Shown piece by piece: positions 12,112-24,897 of a DNA stretch of 64,000 bases. This DNA is from Octopus vulgaris (taxonomy: Eukaryota). A program made the translations under genes and the position numbers. The stretch lies in assembly GCA_951406725.2 (NCBI GenBank), contig OX597814.1, positions 100,316,001 to 100,380,000 on the forward strand. The letters are read 5' to 3'. The notes beneath the pieces were generated by a model. The model made no database searches and was not told the DNA's origin. It saw only the letters and a program-made list of their open reading frames with translations. How positions within the stretch are numbered: position 1 is the stretch's first letter; each line of letters begins with the position of its first letter.

Positions 12112-12614
12112 CATACATACATACATACATACGTACGTACGTACGTACGTACACACATACCATACATACATACATACATACATACATACGTACATACATA
12201 CATACATACATACATACGTACGTACATACATACATACATACATAATACATACATACATACGTACATGCATACATACATACATACGTACATACATACATAC
12301 ATACATACATACATACATACATACATACATACATACGTACATACATACATACATACATACGTACATACATATATGTTTGTGTGTGTCATTGTGCCTGTGT
12401 TTGTTCCCACACTATCGTTTGAATAATCGATGTTGGTGTGTTTACGTCCCCGTAACTTAGTAATTCGGCAAATGAAACCAAATGAATAAGTACTAGGCTC
12501 ACAAACAATAAGGCCTGGGGTCGATTTCTTCGACTAAAATAACGTTTAAGGTGGTGCTCCAATATGGCCGCAGCCAAATGACTGAAACAAGTAAATAAAT
12601 AAAGTGAATAAAAG
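11864..12614 (+). mobile_element. SINE family A with a large internal microsatellite expansion (12030-12375)
   Basis: Head GGGTTCAGTCCCAC..CGTGACACCTTAGGCAAATGTCTTC and the family A tail are separated by (TA)n(TACA)n. Confidence 0.88.
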
Positions 12615-12626
12615 TATACATATGTA

Positions 12627-13866
12627 TTAGGTCGGCAAGCATGAAATTTGTAGAAATGAAAAAAAGTTTTCTAATGTTTTATAAATACAAGGAATAGTTT
12701 TATTCATCACCCATTTCAGCGGTAGCTTGTCCAGTCAGGAACTGTAAAAGCTTGGCAATCCAGAGTCAAAAAACATCTTGGAAGGTCTGTTTTACAGCAT
12801 CGTCAGAATTACATTTTTTTCCTATCAAAAACTTACCCAAATTCTGGATGAACTGGTAGTCAGTGGAGGCAAGATCAGATGACTATGGTGGATGATGGAG
12901 AACTTCCAACTCCAATTCCTGTAGTTTCGCCAATGTCATTTTTGCGATGTTTGGTCTGGCGTTAGCTTGTAATAAAATAGGAGTGACTCTGTTGACTAAT
13001 CTAATTTTGTAAGCTTCTGCATCATTTGGTCCAGCTGGCTGCCGTATACTTCGGCCGTGATTGATGAACCAGGTTTAATGAAATCATAATGGATCACACC
13101 TACACCAGACCACCAAACTCACACCATTAGCTTCTTTTGATGAATTTTGCTTTTTAGACTGTGTTTTGGTGGCACGTCTTTGTCTAACGATTGTGCTGAA
13201 CGTTGACGGTTGTTGTGTTGGATCCATTTCTCATTACAATTCGATTGAAAAAATATTCATTTTTGTGACAAGAAAGTAGCATAATGCAGGCTTCCAAACG
13301 TTGCTGTTTCTGATTTTCATTTAGTTCATGTGGAACCCACTTATCCAACTTATTCCCTTTACCGATTTGAAATAGGCGAGTTTATATTGTTTGCTTGCTA
13401 ACACCAAATAACAACTATAATTCACAGGCACTTTGAGATGGATCTTAATCGACGGTGGCTTTCAGTTCTTCACTATCCACCTTAGTTTCTGGTTGGCTGT
13501 TGCTCATTTGTGAGGTGAAAGTTACCAGAACGAAATTTTGCAAACCAATTTCATACTGGCTGCTGTGTAATAGCATTAGAGTGAAATTCTCCATTGATAT
13601 CCCGAGCTATGTGTGATGCTGTATTTCCAAGAAAGAACTCATATTTCAAAACTGTACGAATTTCCGACTTAGCCATCTCCAAACAAAAATAGTAAAAACC
13701 GATTTATAAATACTTTATAAAGCGCAAAATGAGTTAGGATGAAAAAGTAAATGTATCAGTGATCTAACAAAGAGCAAAGATTGTCAAAATATAATAATGG
13801 CGCAAAATGAGCAGCTGTCAAAATTTACCATATACCTTACTACAAATTTCATACTTGACAACGATA
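12627..13866 (-). mobile_element. Degraded full-length mariner (DD34D) element
   Basis: Imperfect ~27-bp TIRs (…CAAG(C/T)ATGAAATTTGTAG) are flanked by TA. The minus strand gives MAKSEIRTVLKYEFFLG, WVPHEL and HPP*SSDLASTDYQF, with many stops. Confidence 0.9.
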
Positions 13867-13882
13867 TATTTATATATATATC

Positions 13883-13976
13883 ACGTCATGTGACCGACCA
13901 GACCATCAGATGTTGCTACACTTGGCTGGTCACAATACGTTTGCATTGTTTTAGCCTTCCAATGACGCCACCCCGC
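13883..13976 (-). mobile_element. Probable SINE 3' tail fragment
   Basis: CACGTCATGTGACCGACCAGACCATCAGATG…GACGCCACCCCGC is recalled as a cephalopod SINE tail. It is not repeated elsewhere in the window. Confidence 0.4.
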
Positions 13977-14146
13977 ATATTGGGGGGCTGCCCAGATCGG
14001 AGCAATCTCAAGATTAATCAGCCGAAATTGCGAAGATGATCTGGTTCTTGACTGATGACTGAGGGCTTCGAATGTCCCGTCCTGTGGTTCTTGTGTCGTC
14101 TCTTTGGTGTTTCATGTTCTTGTCCATGTCTGTATTTATTTTTTAC

Positions 14147-14213
<67 letters not shown>

Positions 14214-14241
14214 ACATACATACACACACACATATATATAT

Positions 14242-14343
14242 AGTAAGGAAAATAAAACGAAGAACAAACACAAGAAAAAAAAAACAGTAACGCGAGGACG
14301 TGGTACATGCAAAGTATTAGCAGACGCTCAGGAAAGGAAAGAT
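14242..14343 (-). mobile_element. Penelope-like terminal fragment (same family as 45234 and 56539)
   Basis: The reverse complement CTTTCCTGAGCGTCTGCTAATACTTTGCATGTACCACGTCCTCGCGTT matches 45361-45410. It ends in (TA)n. Confidence 0.75.
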
Positions 14344-14449
14344 TGTCGTCTAATTTTTGTATGTAGTTGTAGGAAATAACCTTTCGTGTATCTAATGCAC
14401 GTTATCTATTCAACATTTTGCTACATATGAACGCGAACTCATTGTGTAA

Positions 14450-14964
14450 TCTATATATATAAAACTGTAGCTGTGTGAGTGTCTGTCCCCTTCGATTAGA
14501 TTCCTAACTCCTCCCACATTTTGCGGTGCAGTTTAACCAAATTCGGGTATCTTATAGTCGTGATTAATATCGAGTCCGTTTGGCTATTAGCGCGCGTCTA
14601 CGATGAGTCTACGATTTTAAAAATAATTTAACATCATTTTTTATTCCATTTTAATGCATAATTTTTCGTGTGTCGAATGCGGCGGAGTTGGCGTCCACGC
14701 TCAAACACCTGCACCTGTGTTTGTTTTTTCCCCTTCTTCCCTCCCTCGTGAAGCTGTGGGGAAGAGAGTGTAAGGAAATTAACGTCGTAAAGCGTTGTCC
14801 AGGAGACCAGCGCTTTTTAGAACAACGACTTCATGGCTTGAAGACACCAAGACAGAAATGGCTAAGAAAGCCCAAATTGGCATCTATAAGGGAAGTAACT
14901 CTCTAAAAATGCTTATATAGTTATTTCCCTTACAAACCCGAGCAACGCCGGGCGATACTGCTAG
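14450..14964 (+). mobile_element. Non-autonomous Helitron, unit 1 of a tandem pair
   Basis: Starts A|TCTATATATATAAAACTG and ends CCCGAGCAACGCCGGGCGATACTGCTAG. Confidence 0.93.
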
Positions 14965-15476
14965 TCTATATATATAAAACTGTAGTTGTGTGAGTGTCTG
15001 TCCCCTTCGATTTAGATTCCTAACTACTCCCACATTTTGCGGTGCAGTTTAACCAAATTCGGATATCTTATAGTCGTGATTCATATCGAGCCCTTCTGAC
15101 TATTTGCGCGCATCTACGATGAGTCTACGATTTTAAAAATAATTTAACATCATTTTTATTCCATTTTAATGCATAATTTTTCGTGTGTCGATGGCGGCGG
15201 AGTTGGCGTCCACGCTCACATCTGCACCTGTTTGCTTCTCCCCCTTCTTCCCTCCCTCGTGAAGCTGTGGGGAAGGGAGTGTAAGGAAATCAACGTCGTA
15301 AAGCGTTGTCAAGGAGACCAGCGTTCTTTTAGAACAACGACTTCATGGCTTGAAGACACCAAAACAGAAATGGCTAAGAAAGCCCGAATTGGCATCTATA
15401 AGGGAAGTAACTCTCTAAAAATGCTTATATAGTTATTTCCCTTACAAACCCGAGCAACGCCGGGCGATACTGCTAG
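14965..15476 (+). mobile_element. Non-autonomous Helitron, unit 2 of a tandem pair
   Basis: Begins TC directly after the CTAG of unit 1 and ends CTAG|T. It is roughly 95% identical to unit 1 by eye. Confidence 0.93.
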
Positions 15477-16701
15477 TGTTATATAAATTGATTATTTTAT
15501 TCTGGTTAGTTTGTTATATATTTCCAAAACCTGTAGACAAGAAAACCGAGATAGTATTTTGATGTTTTATAACATGATATATATTTTGTTATTTGCATTA
15601 CAGAAACAGCGTTATACAGAATACCAGTTTTACTAAGTTGACATATAAGTTTCATCACGTGTGGACAAATGAATAACCGAGACTTTAGTATGTCTGACTA
15701 ATTATATATCAGTATCAACTTACCAATGTTTTAGTCCTAAATTTAGTCCAAATTTTGTCGAGTTCCCATTTCAACATTTCAGACAAGGATCGATGACAGA
15801 AAAGCAGTCATGTTCTAATGTAGAATGGTCCCTTATTCTATCCTTATATCAAATTGCCGCTCATATCATTGTAAAGAAGCATTACATGTACTGTAAAGAG
15901 TTCTGTTCTATAACTGTTATGTTGTATGTTTTATATTAAACGTTGAACTCACATTCCTCGCTGAACTGCAAATGTTAGTTATCAATGAGGTGAATTTGAT
16001 ATTTCTATTTGTAACGTATATTCTATCAACATGTGTTTTAGAGCCTTTAACAACCCATCAAATAGTTCTCAGAAAGCAGGTAAGATCATTATCAATGTTT
16101 ATTTATTCTACTCTCACTTATGCGAAAAAAAGACTTGGTAACTATGTATGTCGAAATTATTTCATAAGTCATGAAAGATCAAATGTTCTTTCGGGGAAGT
16201 AATCTTTCTCAAAAGTCCACATGAAGTATCATTGATTGAATCCAGCAGAGATCATGTTTGTTTACACTGACTAAATTCGAGGAAGTATTATTACAATAAA
16301 CCCATACCGGAAGTCTTGCTTAAATACTCATCTAATTTCAATAGTAGTTAGATAGTTTGCAATTTTTTTCCAGGCTGGGATTATATTTCTAAAATGTATA
16401 CCCTTCTGGGGTTTGTTAACGCTTTCACAAGAGCAGACATTTATTTATATATTTGTTCTGTATATCTGTCAGTTTATTTCGCTTACCCTAAAAGAAGGAA
16501 AAAGAACAGACCTATAAATATAAATATTAGCTCTTTTTTACAATTTAAACCAACAGAATCTTTCTTCAAATTAGGCTTAATTGCTTACTTTGACTTATCA
16601 TACAAGAACGTCTAAAATTACATTTAATATGCAGTCTGCTTCTCTTTAGTGGTTTAGTGTTAAAAAGGTAAACACTGCTGTTATTGAGTAATCGCATCTG
16701 G

Positions 16702-17355
16702 TGGCGAGCTGGCATAATTGTTAGTGCACCGGACGAAATATTTAGCAGCATTTCTTCCGGCATTTTGTTTTCTGAAATGAAATTCTTATTTCTTTATTGC
16801 CCACAAGGGGCTAAACATAGAGGAGACAAACAAGGACAGACAAACGGATTAAGTCAATTACATCAATCCCAGTGCGTAACTGGTACTTAATTTATCGACA
16901 CCGAAAGGAGGAAAGGCAAAGTCGACCTCGGCGGAATTTGAACTCACAACGTAACGGCAGACGAAATACCTATTTCTTTACTACCCACAAGGGGCTAAAC
17001 ACAGAGGAGACAAACAAGGACAGACAAACGGATTAAGTCGATTACATCGACCCCAGTGCGTAACTGGTACTTATTTAATCGACCCCGAAAGGATGAAAGG
17101 CAAAGTCGACCTCGGCGGAATTTAAACTCAGAACGTAACGGCAGACGAAATACGACTACGCATTTCGCCCGGCGTGCTAACGGTTCTACCAGCTCGCCGC
17201 CTTAAGCTCGCCTGAAATGAAATTCTGCCGCGGTAAACTTCGGCTTTAATCCTTTCGGGTCTGATAAAATAAGTGGCAATCAAGTACTGCGCTCGATACA
17301 ATGAACGAACCCTTTTCCCTCTCAAAATGACTGGCCTTGTGCCTAAATTTGGAAA

Positions 17356-17357
<2 letters not shown>
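16702..17357 (+). mobile_element. Old SINE family B copy split by an antisense insertion
   Basis: The head lies at 16702-16786 and the body resumes after 17212. CTGAAATGAAATTCT is duplicated at 16772-16786 and 17212-17226. Confidence 0.8.
16787..17211 (-). mobile_element. Young SINE family B tandem (one full plus one 5'-truncated unit) with a 15-bp TSD
   Basis: Two units at 16787-16970 and 16971-17202. Only the latter carries the GGCGGCGAGCTGG head. Confidence 0.9.
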
Positions 17358-17440
<83 letters not shown>

Positions 17441-17642
17441 TCAGGCCACGAGCTGGCAAAACCTCTAGCGCGCAGGACGAAGTGCTTAGCGGTATTTCGC
17501 CCGTCGCTGTGTTCTAAGTTCAAATAGTGCCTTTCATCTGTTTGGGTCGATAAATTAAGTGCCAGTGAAACACTGGTGTCGATATAATCGACTAGTCCCC
17601 TTCCCCAAAATTTCAGGCCTTGTGTCTACCATAGAAAGGATT
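17441..17642 (+). mobile_element. SINE family B
   Basis: GAGCTGGCAAAACC head, the core, and the GGCCTTGTG tail, following (ATT)n. Confidence 0.8.
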
Positions 17643-18619
17643 ATCGCTATTATTATTTTTATTTTTATTATTGGAACATAGTACTTATTTGTATCATACT
17701 AATACTCCCAATTCTAGTGTACAGACGTTTGTTCATACTTTGCTGTATGCGTATTTATTTACCCTCATCTGCGAATGTAAGTATTTTTATTGTAATGGTA
17801 GCGTTCATTTTACTCCTTGTACTAAATCACCGAGTGTGAAATAGCTCATGGTGTATGACTTAAGATCCGCTACAGGCATTTATTTAAAACGCCGAGGGGG
17901 AACAACAAGCCTCAGATTTCCTAGGTTTCAGGAAAAGATTATGAGAACATCTGGGAACCATAACTTGTCCAATACGGAATCTTCGTTTCCTGTTTAAAGC
18001 TAGTGTAGCCGAAAAATAAACATTGGTCCAATGAAACTATGATGTTTGAAAAAAGATTAACCGAACTAGTGTTTTACAAATATTGTGTACTTTGCGGATT
18101 GGTAGGTGCTCTGGTGTAGTGGTTAAGAAATTCAGTTCCTAATGGAGTGGTTATAAGTTCGATCTGACTGTAGGAACTTAAGACTCATGATTTCTATCAT
18201 AACCACGCATTGACTCAAGATGACCTTCGGATGCAATATGCTTGCCGTGGAGGCCAGAATCTATTTGGTTTCAGCGTGTTTAAAGTCGGAAGACTTTAAT
18301 CACATCGTTCTACACTTTAGGCTGCACTAGTAGTTGCAACTGCCACTGAAGAAAGAAAGAAGAACGTCTTAGAAGATTGAAAACAACGACGTACAAGAGA
18401 AAGGTAAAATGGCGGATAGGTACATACAATAAGGTTCAGCAGAAAAAGGCCATAGCTTTTCGACGGGATCAAGAAACAATGATCTCACAGAGATGCTAAT
18501 CTGGTGGAAAACTAGTCCGATCGTAATACGCGTAGGAAACAAAGGAAAGAATGTAAGAACGTATGACTCGGAGACGTTTGTAATAAGAAATAAAGAAAAG
18601 GTATGTTGGAATTAACTCA

Positions 18620-18697
<78 letters not shown>

Positions 18698-18859
18698 ATA
18701 TAATTGAATGTGTGTGTGTGGGTTCAAGGTGCAGTGAATATATTGACTGAATTACACAAACATGAAAATAATGCTGACATCTCATTTTAACAGATATATT
18801 TACCAAAATTACATAAACATATCCTGAAATGCTAAAGAGTCGATATAGTTCATATGATG

Positions 18860-19907
18860 AGCTCCTGGATCTTAAGAACTTTCCGGTCCAGAGAACAAGG
18901 TGTCATCATTCCACTCTTCTTCTCCTTTGTACGGCCACACCTCGAATACTGCTGCCCCTTGTAGTCTCCCCATACAAAACAAAACATCTCGAGGATTGAC
19001 TCACCCCAGATGGCATTCACTAAACAAATCGAATGTACGACTGATCTCGACTACTGGTACTGCCTTAAAGCTTTGAAAATCTACTCTCTCCAGCACCGCC
19101 GCGAGTGATACAACATTTCTACGATGTGGAGGATATACCGCCAGCAATGCTCAAACGACCTGAACATTAGTTTCATGGTTCATCCAGGGCTGAGACCACG
19201 ATCCATACGTCCCCTGCCCAATTCAGGATCACGACATATAGGTACACTGCGACATAATTTCTTTTCCTCAACAGGCCCTGCCCTGTTTAACATTGTCCCA
19301 AAACTGATTAAACAGGAAAAGGATCCCATCTCCTTTAAACGGAGTCTGAACAGATTTCTTCAAGGAATACCAGATAAGCCACCATACCTGGATACAACTC
19401 ACTCAACAGGAACTCACTACTTGAATGGACCATAAACAAAACTTGAATTATAAAAGACTAGCAGTGTGGCCCGGCGTTGCTCGGGTTTGTAAGGGAAATA
19501 ACTATAAAGCATTTTTAGAGAGTTATAGCCAAAAAATGGAAAAAAAATGATGGTAAATTTTTTTTTTAATTAAAAAGGTTGAGTTGCGTCCCCTAGACAG
19601 TCTGTGGTTTGTGTTTCTGATTCTCGACCCCATGTCGAATTTATCGATTTTTTTCAGAACTGGAGGAACTTTTCAAACTTTTCGCTGCGTTAGTTTTGAA
19701 TTATGACATTGGGCTATGTGTGTGTCAAGTTTCATCAGAATCGGTTGAAAGCCGTGGTCAGGTTGAGGGTACAAGCTAACAGACACACAGAAACACACAC
19801 AGACAAACTGCCGTTTATATATATAGAGAGATTTAGATAATCCTATCAGGTGGTGCTATTAAGTTAGACATGGCCTGGACCAATCTTTGATCGAAACATA
19901 TCTAAAG
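18860..19907 (+). mobile_element. CR1-group LINE 3' fragment interrupted by a Helitron
   Basis: Translation SWILRTFRSRE…FVRPHLEYCCPL*SPH…LKALKIYSLQHRRE*Y…GPALFNIVP…FKRSLNRFLQGIPDKP is a typical CR1/Jockey-group RT C-terminus. Confidence 0.85.
19458..19831 (-). mobile_element. Non-autonomous Helitron
   Basis: Minus strand reads A|TCTCTCTATATATATAAAC…CCCGAGCAACGCCGGGCCACACTGCTAG|T. Confidence 0.92.
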
Positions 19908-21804
19908 CCTGCAGTAGTCGTCGTATCTATATGGTTTTCCTGGACCCTTAACTCCTTATGCATTAGGTATTTTGCCGATACGTCCAACTCCTGCATAACA
20001 AAAACATATCATTCAAAGTGAAAAATATTATCCCGTTTGTTCATGCAGGAAAGACATTTGTCGATGGTGCTTTCATGTTGAAGCCTAGTAGGAATAAAAC
20101 CATGTATGGTATTTCCTTGGCATGTGTGCAGGCTCTATTATGATAGTCTGTTGCTGTAGTATTGTGCAATTTATATTGAAGTATATCTTTGGTCATCATT
20201 CAGGGAAAACTTACTAAAGAGCTCTTTTCCAAGTAATGTTATATTTCAAGAGGGTCATTTTATTTTCTTGCCGAGTAAACACACACACTGATTGTTCTTA
20301 TTTTATAGTCTTTGTCCGGAAATCTCCTGTTCTGTGTCTCCTCCTGTTCAGTTTAGTCCAATCTATTTTTAGAGAAATAGGCTGTACAGAACAGGAAGAA
20401 ATACGTGGGATGGAGAGTCGCTGAAGAGATCGCAGGATGTGTGGTGAAAGATTTCTATACAAAGGACATAGTACAAAACCAATAATAAATTATGAAGTGA
20501 AAAAGAATATAGTGCGTGAGTTATTTTGGAAATCATAAAATGACAATCCCGAAATATACTGATATCTGTTTCAACACATGATTTTACATCCGGAATCCTG
20601 CAAATCAAATACACAGACGTATTCTTTTTTAATTCTTTTAATAATATCGACTTCATGCATGCAGACGTCATTCGTGATGTGTTCGATACTCCATGGTCAC
20701 TAGCTGATGCCGAAAGCGAAAAATATAATATCTAAGGCTGTTTGCATCAACAATAAGTTTCTACAGCCTCGACTTTTTAAAGAAAGGTATTTTAAAGGCA
20801 CTTAAAATCTTTTAAAGGCAGTTAACATCGATATTGATCTGAAAATTCTTGAAGGCGAGTTAATAATTTGTGGTGTTCAACTTCGAAAGCATGGATTTCA
20901 TTTTGTGTCCAATCAGATAAGCCAAATGTTGGCATAAGAATTGACACAGCAAACGCATGATAGGGTATGGAATTATTGCATGTATATGTATCTGTATGCA
21001 GCTAGTTATCTAAGTATATATGCAGAACCTTCTGAGCACACATCAGACTGATTTGTCAGTTGGACGCAAAGTGCCTTGTATTCTTCTCCCATGTGATGGC
21101 TTTGGTCATCGTCGTCAAAGACGGACGAGCTAACATAAACGTATGTGAGCTTTTGTATGTATGGTGTCTATGTATGTGTGTTTGTGTGTAGGTGTGTGAT
21201 TGTGCTTTTGCGTGTATTTGATATTATAGAAATAAAAGGACGTGTACGAGGTGCAATTCTTGTATAATATTAAATACATATCCGTGTTTCAAAGAGAGAG
21301 ATGAAATATGTATTGAAAGGAAAGATATCAGGTGTCATGCGTATGCGGTTAATATAAAAATTATGAAACAAAAAAGAAAAAGAAAAACTAATTGATAATG
21401 CTAAAGGATAAATTTGTGAAAATAATAAATGGAAAAGTAGAAAAATAATTAATCAATTTTCTTCGTATTTAAATTTGTTTTTATTCGCGTTACCTCTTTT
21501 GCTTTCTTAATATTCACAAATTTTATTTTTCTGGAAACAAATAAAAATATAGAAGAATTTAATTCAGAGAAATAATAGAATGGTAGTTAATATGTATTAG
21601 CCTCAAACTCTTTCTATATATCTTAAATATCATAAAAAATAATTATAGTCTATACTCAAATTTACTTTAAAAGTAAACATACCACGTATACACACTGAAA
21701 TACAAACAACTACTTTCAATTAATTTTGTAGTTGTGTGTGTATGTGTGTGGTGGGAGCGACTGTGTACGTTTGAAAAATAACAATATATGTTTGTATACA
21801 GTTT

Positions 21805-21949
21805 TATATATATATGTATGTATGTATATATATATATGCATACATATCTACGTATATATATATATATATGTATCCATATATATATATACATATATATATG
21901 TATATACATGTATAAATATATATATAGGTATATATATATATGTGTATAT

Positions 21950-22024
<75 letters not shown>

Positions 22025-22155
22025 TATATTTTTTGTAAAAATATTATAATATATTATAAAATATTATAATAATCCAGGTTTCTCGGAGCACTAGGCCACT
22101 TGGTGTTGAATAGATATACTATTAAATTAGTATCTAATTCTCTCACCCTTATTAA

Positions 22156-22203
<48 letters not shown>

Positions 22204-22428
22204 ATGTGGTTGTGCAACTGCATAAGTCTTTTGGTCTCTCACTCTCTTGCTTTATCTAGTTATCAATCAATCTAGATGTGTGTGTGTGTGTTAATTTCTC
22301 ATTCCTCTCCTTCTCTCCCTCTCTTCGTGTATATATATATATATGCATATACACACACACATATATATATATGTGTATATATACACAAGTATATATATAC
22401 ATGCATGAATATATGAATATATGTGTGC

Positions 22429-22459
<31 letters not shown>

Positions 22460-22991
22460 TGTATGTATGTATGTATGTATGTATGCATGCATGAATGTAT
22501 GTATGTTTGCATGTATGTATATGTATTTATTTTTCGTCTGAGATTTTCTGTGGCTGAAAGAGAGAGAAATAAATGGAGAGAAAAGCAAGAGATTAAATAT
22601 ATATTTTTGCGCATCTGTTTTATCGTGGCGTATATATATTCGAGTGTGTATGTATGTGTGTGTGTGTGTCTGTATGTGTGTGTGCGTGTGTGCGCTTTTC
22701 TGTTATTACTGTATTAGGATACAGAAAATATGAGATGCCTAGTTTCAGGCGATCGGGTTCATGGGAAGAAATATTGGCGTTAATTTATTATATCTCCGAA
22801 AGAATACATACATACGTACATACATACATACATACATGCATTACATACATACATACATACATACATGCATTACATACATGCATACATACATTCATACATA
22901 CATACATACATACATACATACATACATTCATACATATATACATACATACATACATTACATACAAACATACATACATACATACATACATACA

Positions 22992-23038
<47 letters not shown>

Positions 23039-23071
23039 CATACATTACATACATACATATACATACATACA

Positions 23072-23105
<34 letters not shown>

Positions 23106-23215
23106 CATAGACACTCGAGCACAGACACAGATACACATATGCCCATATATACGCTCACACATGTATGTATGTATGTATGTATGTATGTATGTATGTATGT
23201 ATGTATGTACGTATA
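21805..23215. repeat. Cluster of (TA)n, (TATG)n and (TACA)n microsatellites
   Basis: Directly visible, interspersed with short unique segments. Confidence 0.9.
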
Positions 23216-24491
23216 TTTATAAGAATCAGAAATGTTTCAAGGTGTTATTTAATTTTAAAATTGTGACATATATGTTATGAGATACAATTCAAATGTACTC
23301 ACCTAAATGATGGCTTTCTATAGAAAGATATCTATAGAAAAATATGTATCCCCAAAATGGATGATATCGCCCATCGGTGGGCGATTTCAACTTAAAAGTG
23401 AGCAGTTGAGCAAATTCCTAGAAAATGATGAGTGATTTGAGATTTTGGTGGGCGATATGAACATTTTGTGGGTGACAATGAATTTTTAGAAATTAAGTCT
23501 GCATTCACTAACATCTAGGCATGACTAGAATAAGGATGCCCTCTTATCTTGCAGAACCTCGGAAGTAGTAATTAACCGAACGAGGTGTAGTCCGCTAGCT
23601 ATTCATCGAGCCGAAGATGCCTTAATCAAGAGAAATATATGTAGGCTGGATTTTATCCATTCCACTCCCTAACTGTGGTGCTCTATTCGCATGCACATCA
23701 ACCCCTGCTGCTAACTGTAAGCTATAGAGTATTATTTTCTTTACGGTTTATCGAACTGATAACTTGATACGGGAAAAATTTATATTCTACGTCAATGAAC
23801 CCCCTTTCTTCCTGAAGGTTGTTTTTTATACCTTCTACGGACTATTCGCAACTTACTATCTTCTATCTTGATCCTTGGATGTCACATTTACTTACTTACT
23901 ATATATATATATATATATATACACTCACACAAACATTCACATATATTCATACAACTGCTTTGATGTACATGCACAGCGTATTCTTGTTTGTAGTTTGGTT
24001 ATAAAGTATTGCATATGAAAATAAGACATTGATATCTCTCTCTATTACGTGCAGTTTGGGCCAAAATCTTTGGAAGTATTCTGCAGTATGTTATAGCGTT
24101 GCAACAAAACACTGTCAAAACGTTTAATCCTCGAACTGTCTGTCACGGAAATTGTGTTATAAATAGGACACGATTGTATCCGAATTTCTTAAGTCCTTTC
24201 TAATGGCTACTTTATTAACAGAATCTCTGAACAGACTGAAGGAAGGTACTCGGTCTTTGAAGGAAGAATACTTGTATCAACAAAGATATTGCATAATAAG
24301 ATAAATCAACAAAGATATTGCATAATAAGATAATGTTTTCTCTTAATATTTCTGTATCACATACCGTGTTGGCTAAAATCTCTATGTATATTTTGTAGCA
24401 CCATATCATGTCTTGGGAGATTCATTGAAGTGCACTCTGTGGTGATACTCCAGCTCAGAAGTCCCAAAGTTGGGGAAAGGTGGAATTATTT

Positions 24492-24897
24492 GCGGCTGTG
24501 TGGTAAGTAGCTTGCTTACGAACCACATGGTTCCGGATTCAGCCCCACGGTGTGGCACCTTGGTCATGTGTCTTCTACTATAGCCTCGAGCCGACCAAAG
24601 CCTTGTGAGTGGATTTGGTAGACGGAAACTGAAAGAAGCCCGTTGTATATATGTATATACATGTATGTGTGTGTATATGTTTGTGTGTCTGTGTTTGTCA
24701 CCCCAACATCGCTTGACAACCGATGCTGGTGTGTTTTCGTCCCCGTAACTTAGCGGTTCGGCAAAAGACACCGATAGAATAAGTACTAGGCTTACAAAGA
24801 ATAAGTCCTGGGGTCGATTTGCTCGACTAAAGGCGGTGTTCCAGCATAGCCACAGTGAAATGACTGAAACAAGTAAAAAAAAAGTTAAAAAAAGAGT
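24492..24897 (+). mobile_element. SINE family A, full length (tRNA head plus CORE-like segment)
   Basis: A-box GGCTGTGTGGTAAG, B-box-like GGATTCAGCCCC, then GTGGCACCTTGG..ATGTGTCTTC (CORE-SINE-like) and the shared tail. Confidence 0.92.

Noticed and set aside
16042-16079. 38-nt plus-strand exon-like segment (ttttag|…CAG|gtaaga)
   Set aside because: It has no recognisable peptide and no partner exons. Such matches are expected by chance in 64 kb.
19910-20670. Unique sequence with several minus-strand acceptor-like sites and short open frames
   Set aside because: No recognisable protein motif and no consistent donor sites. The GVGRIG resemblance to a PTP motif is followed immediately by a stop.
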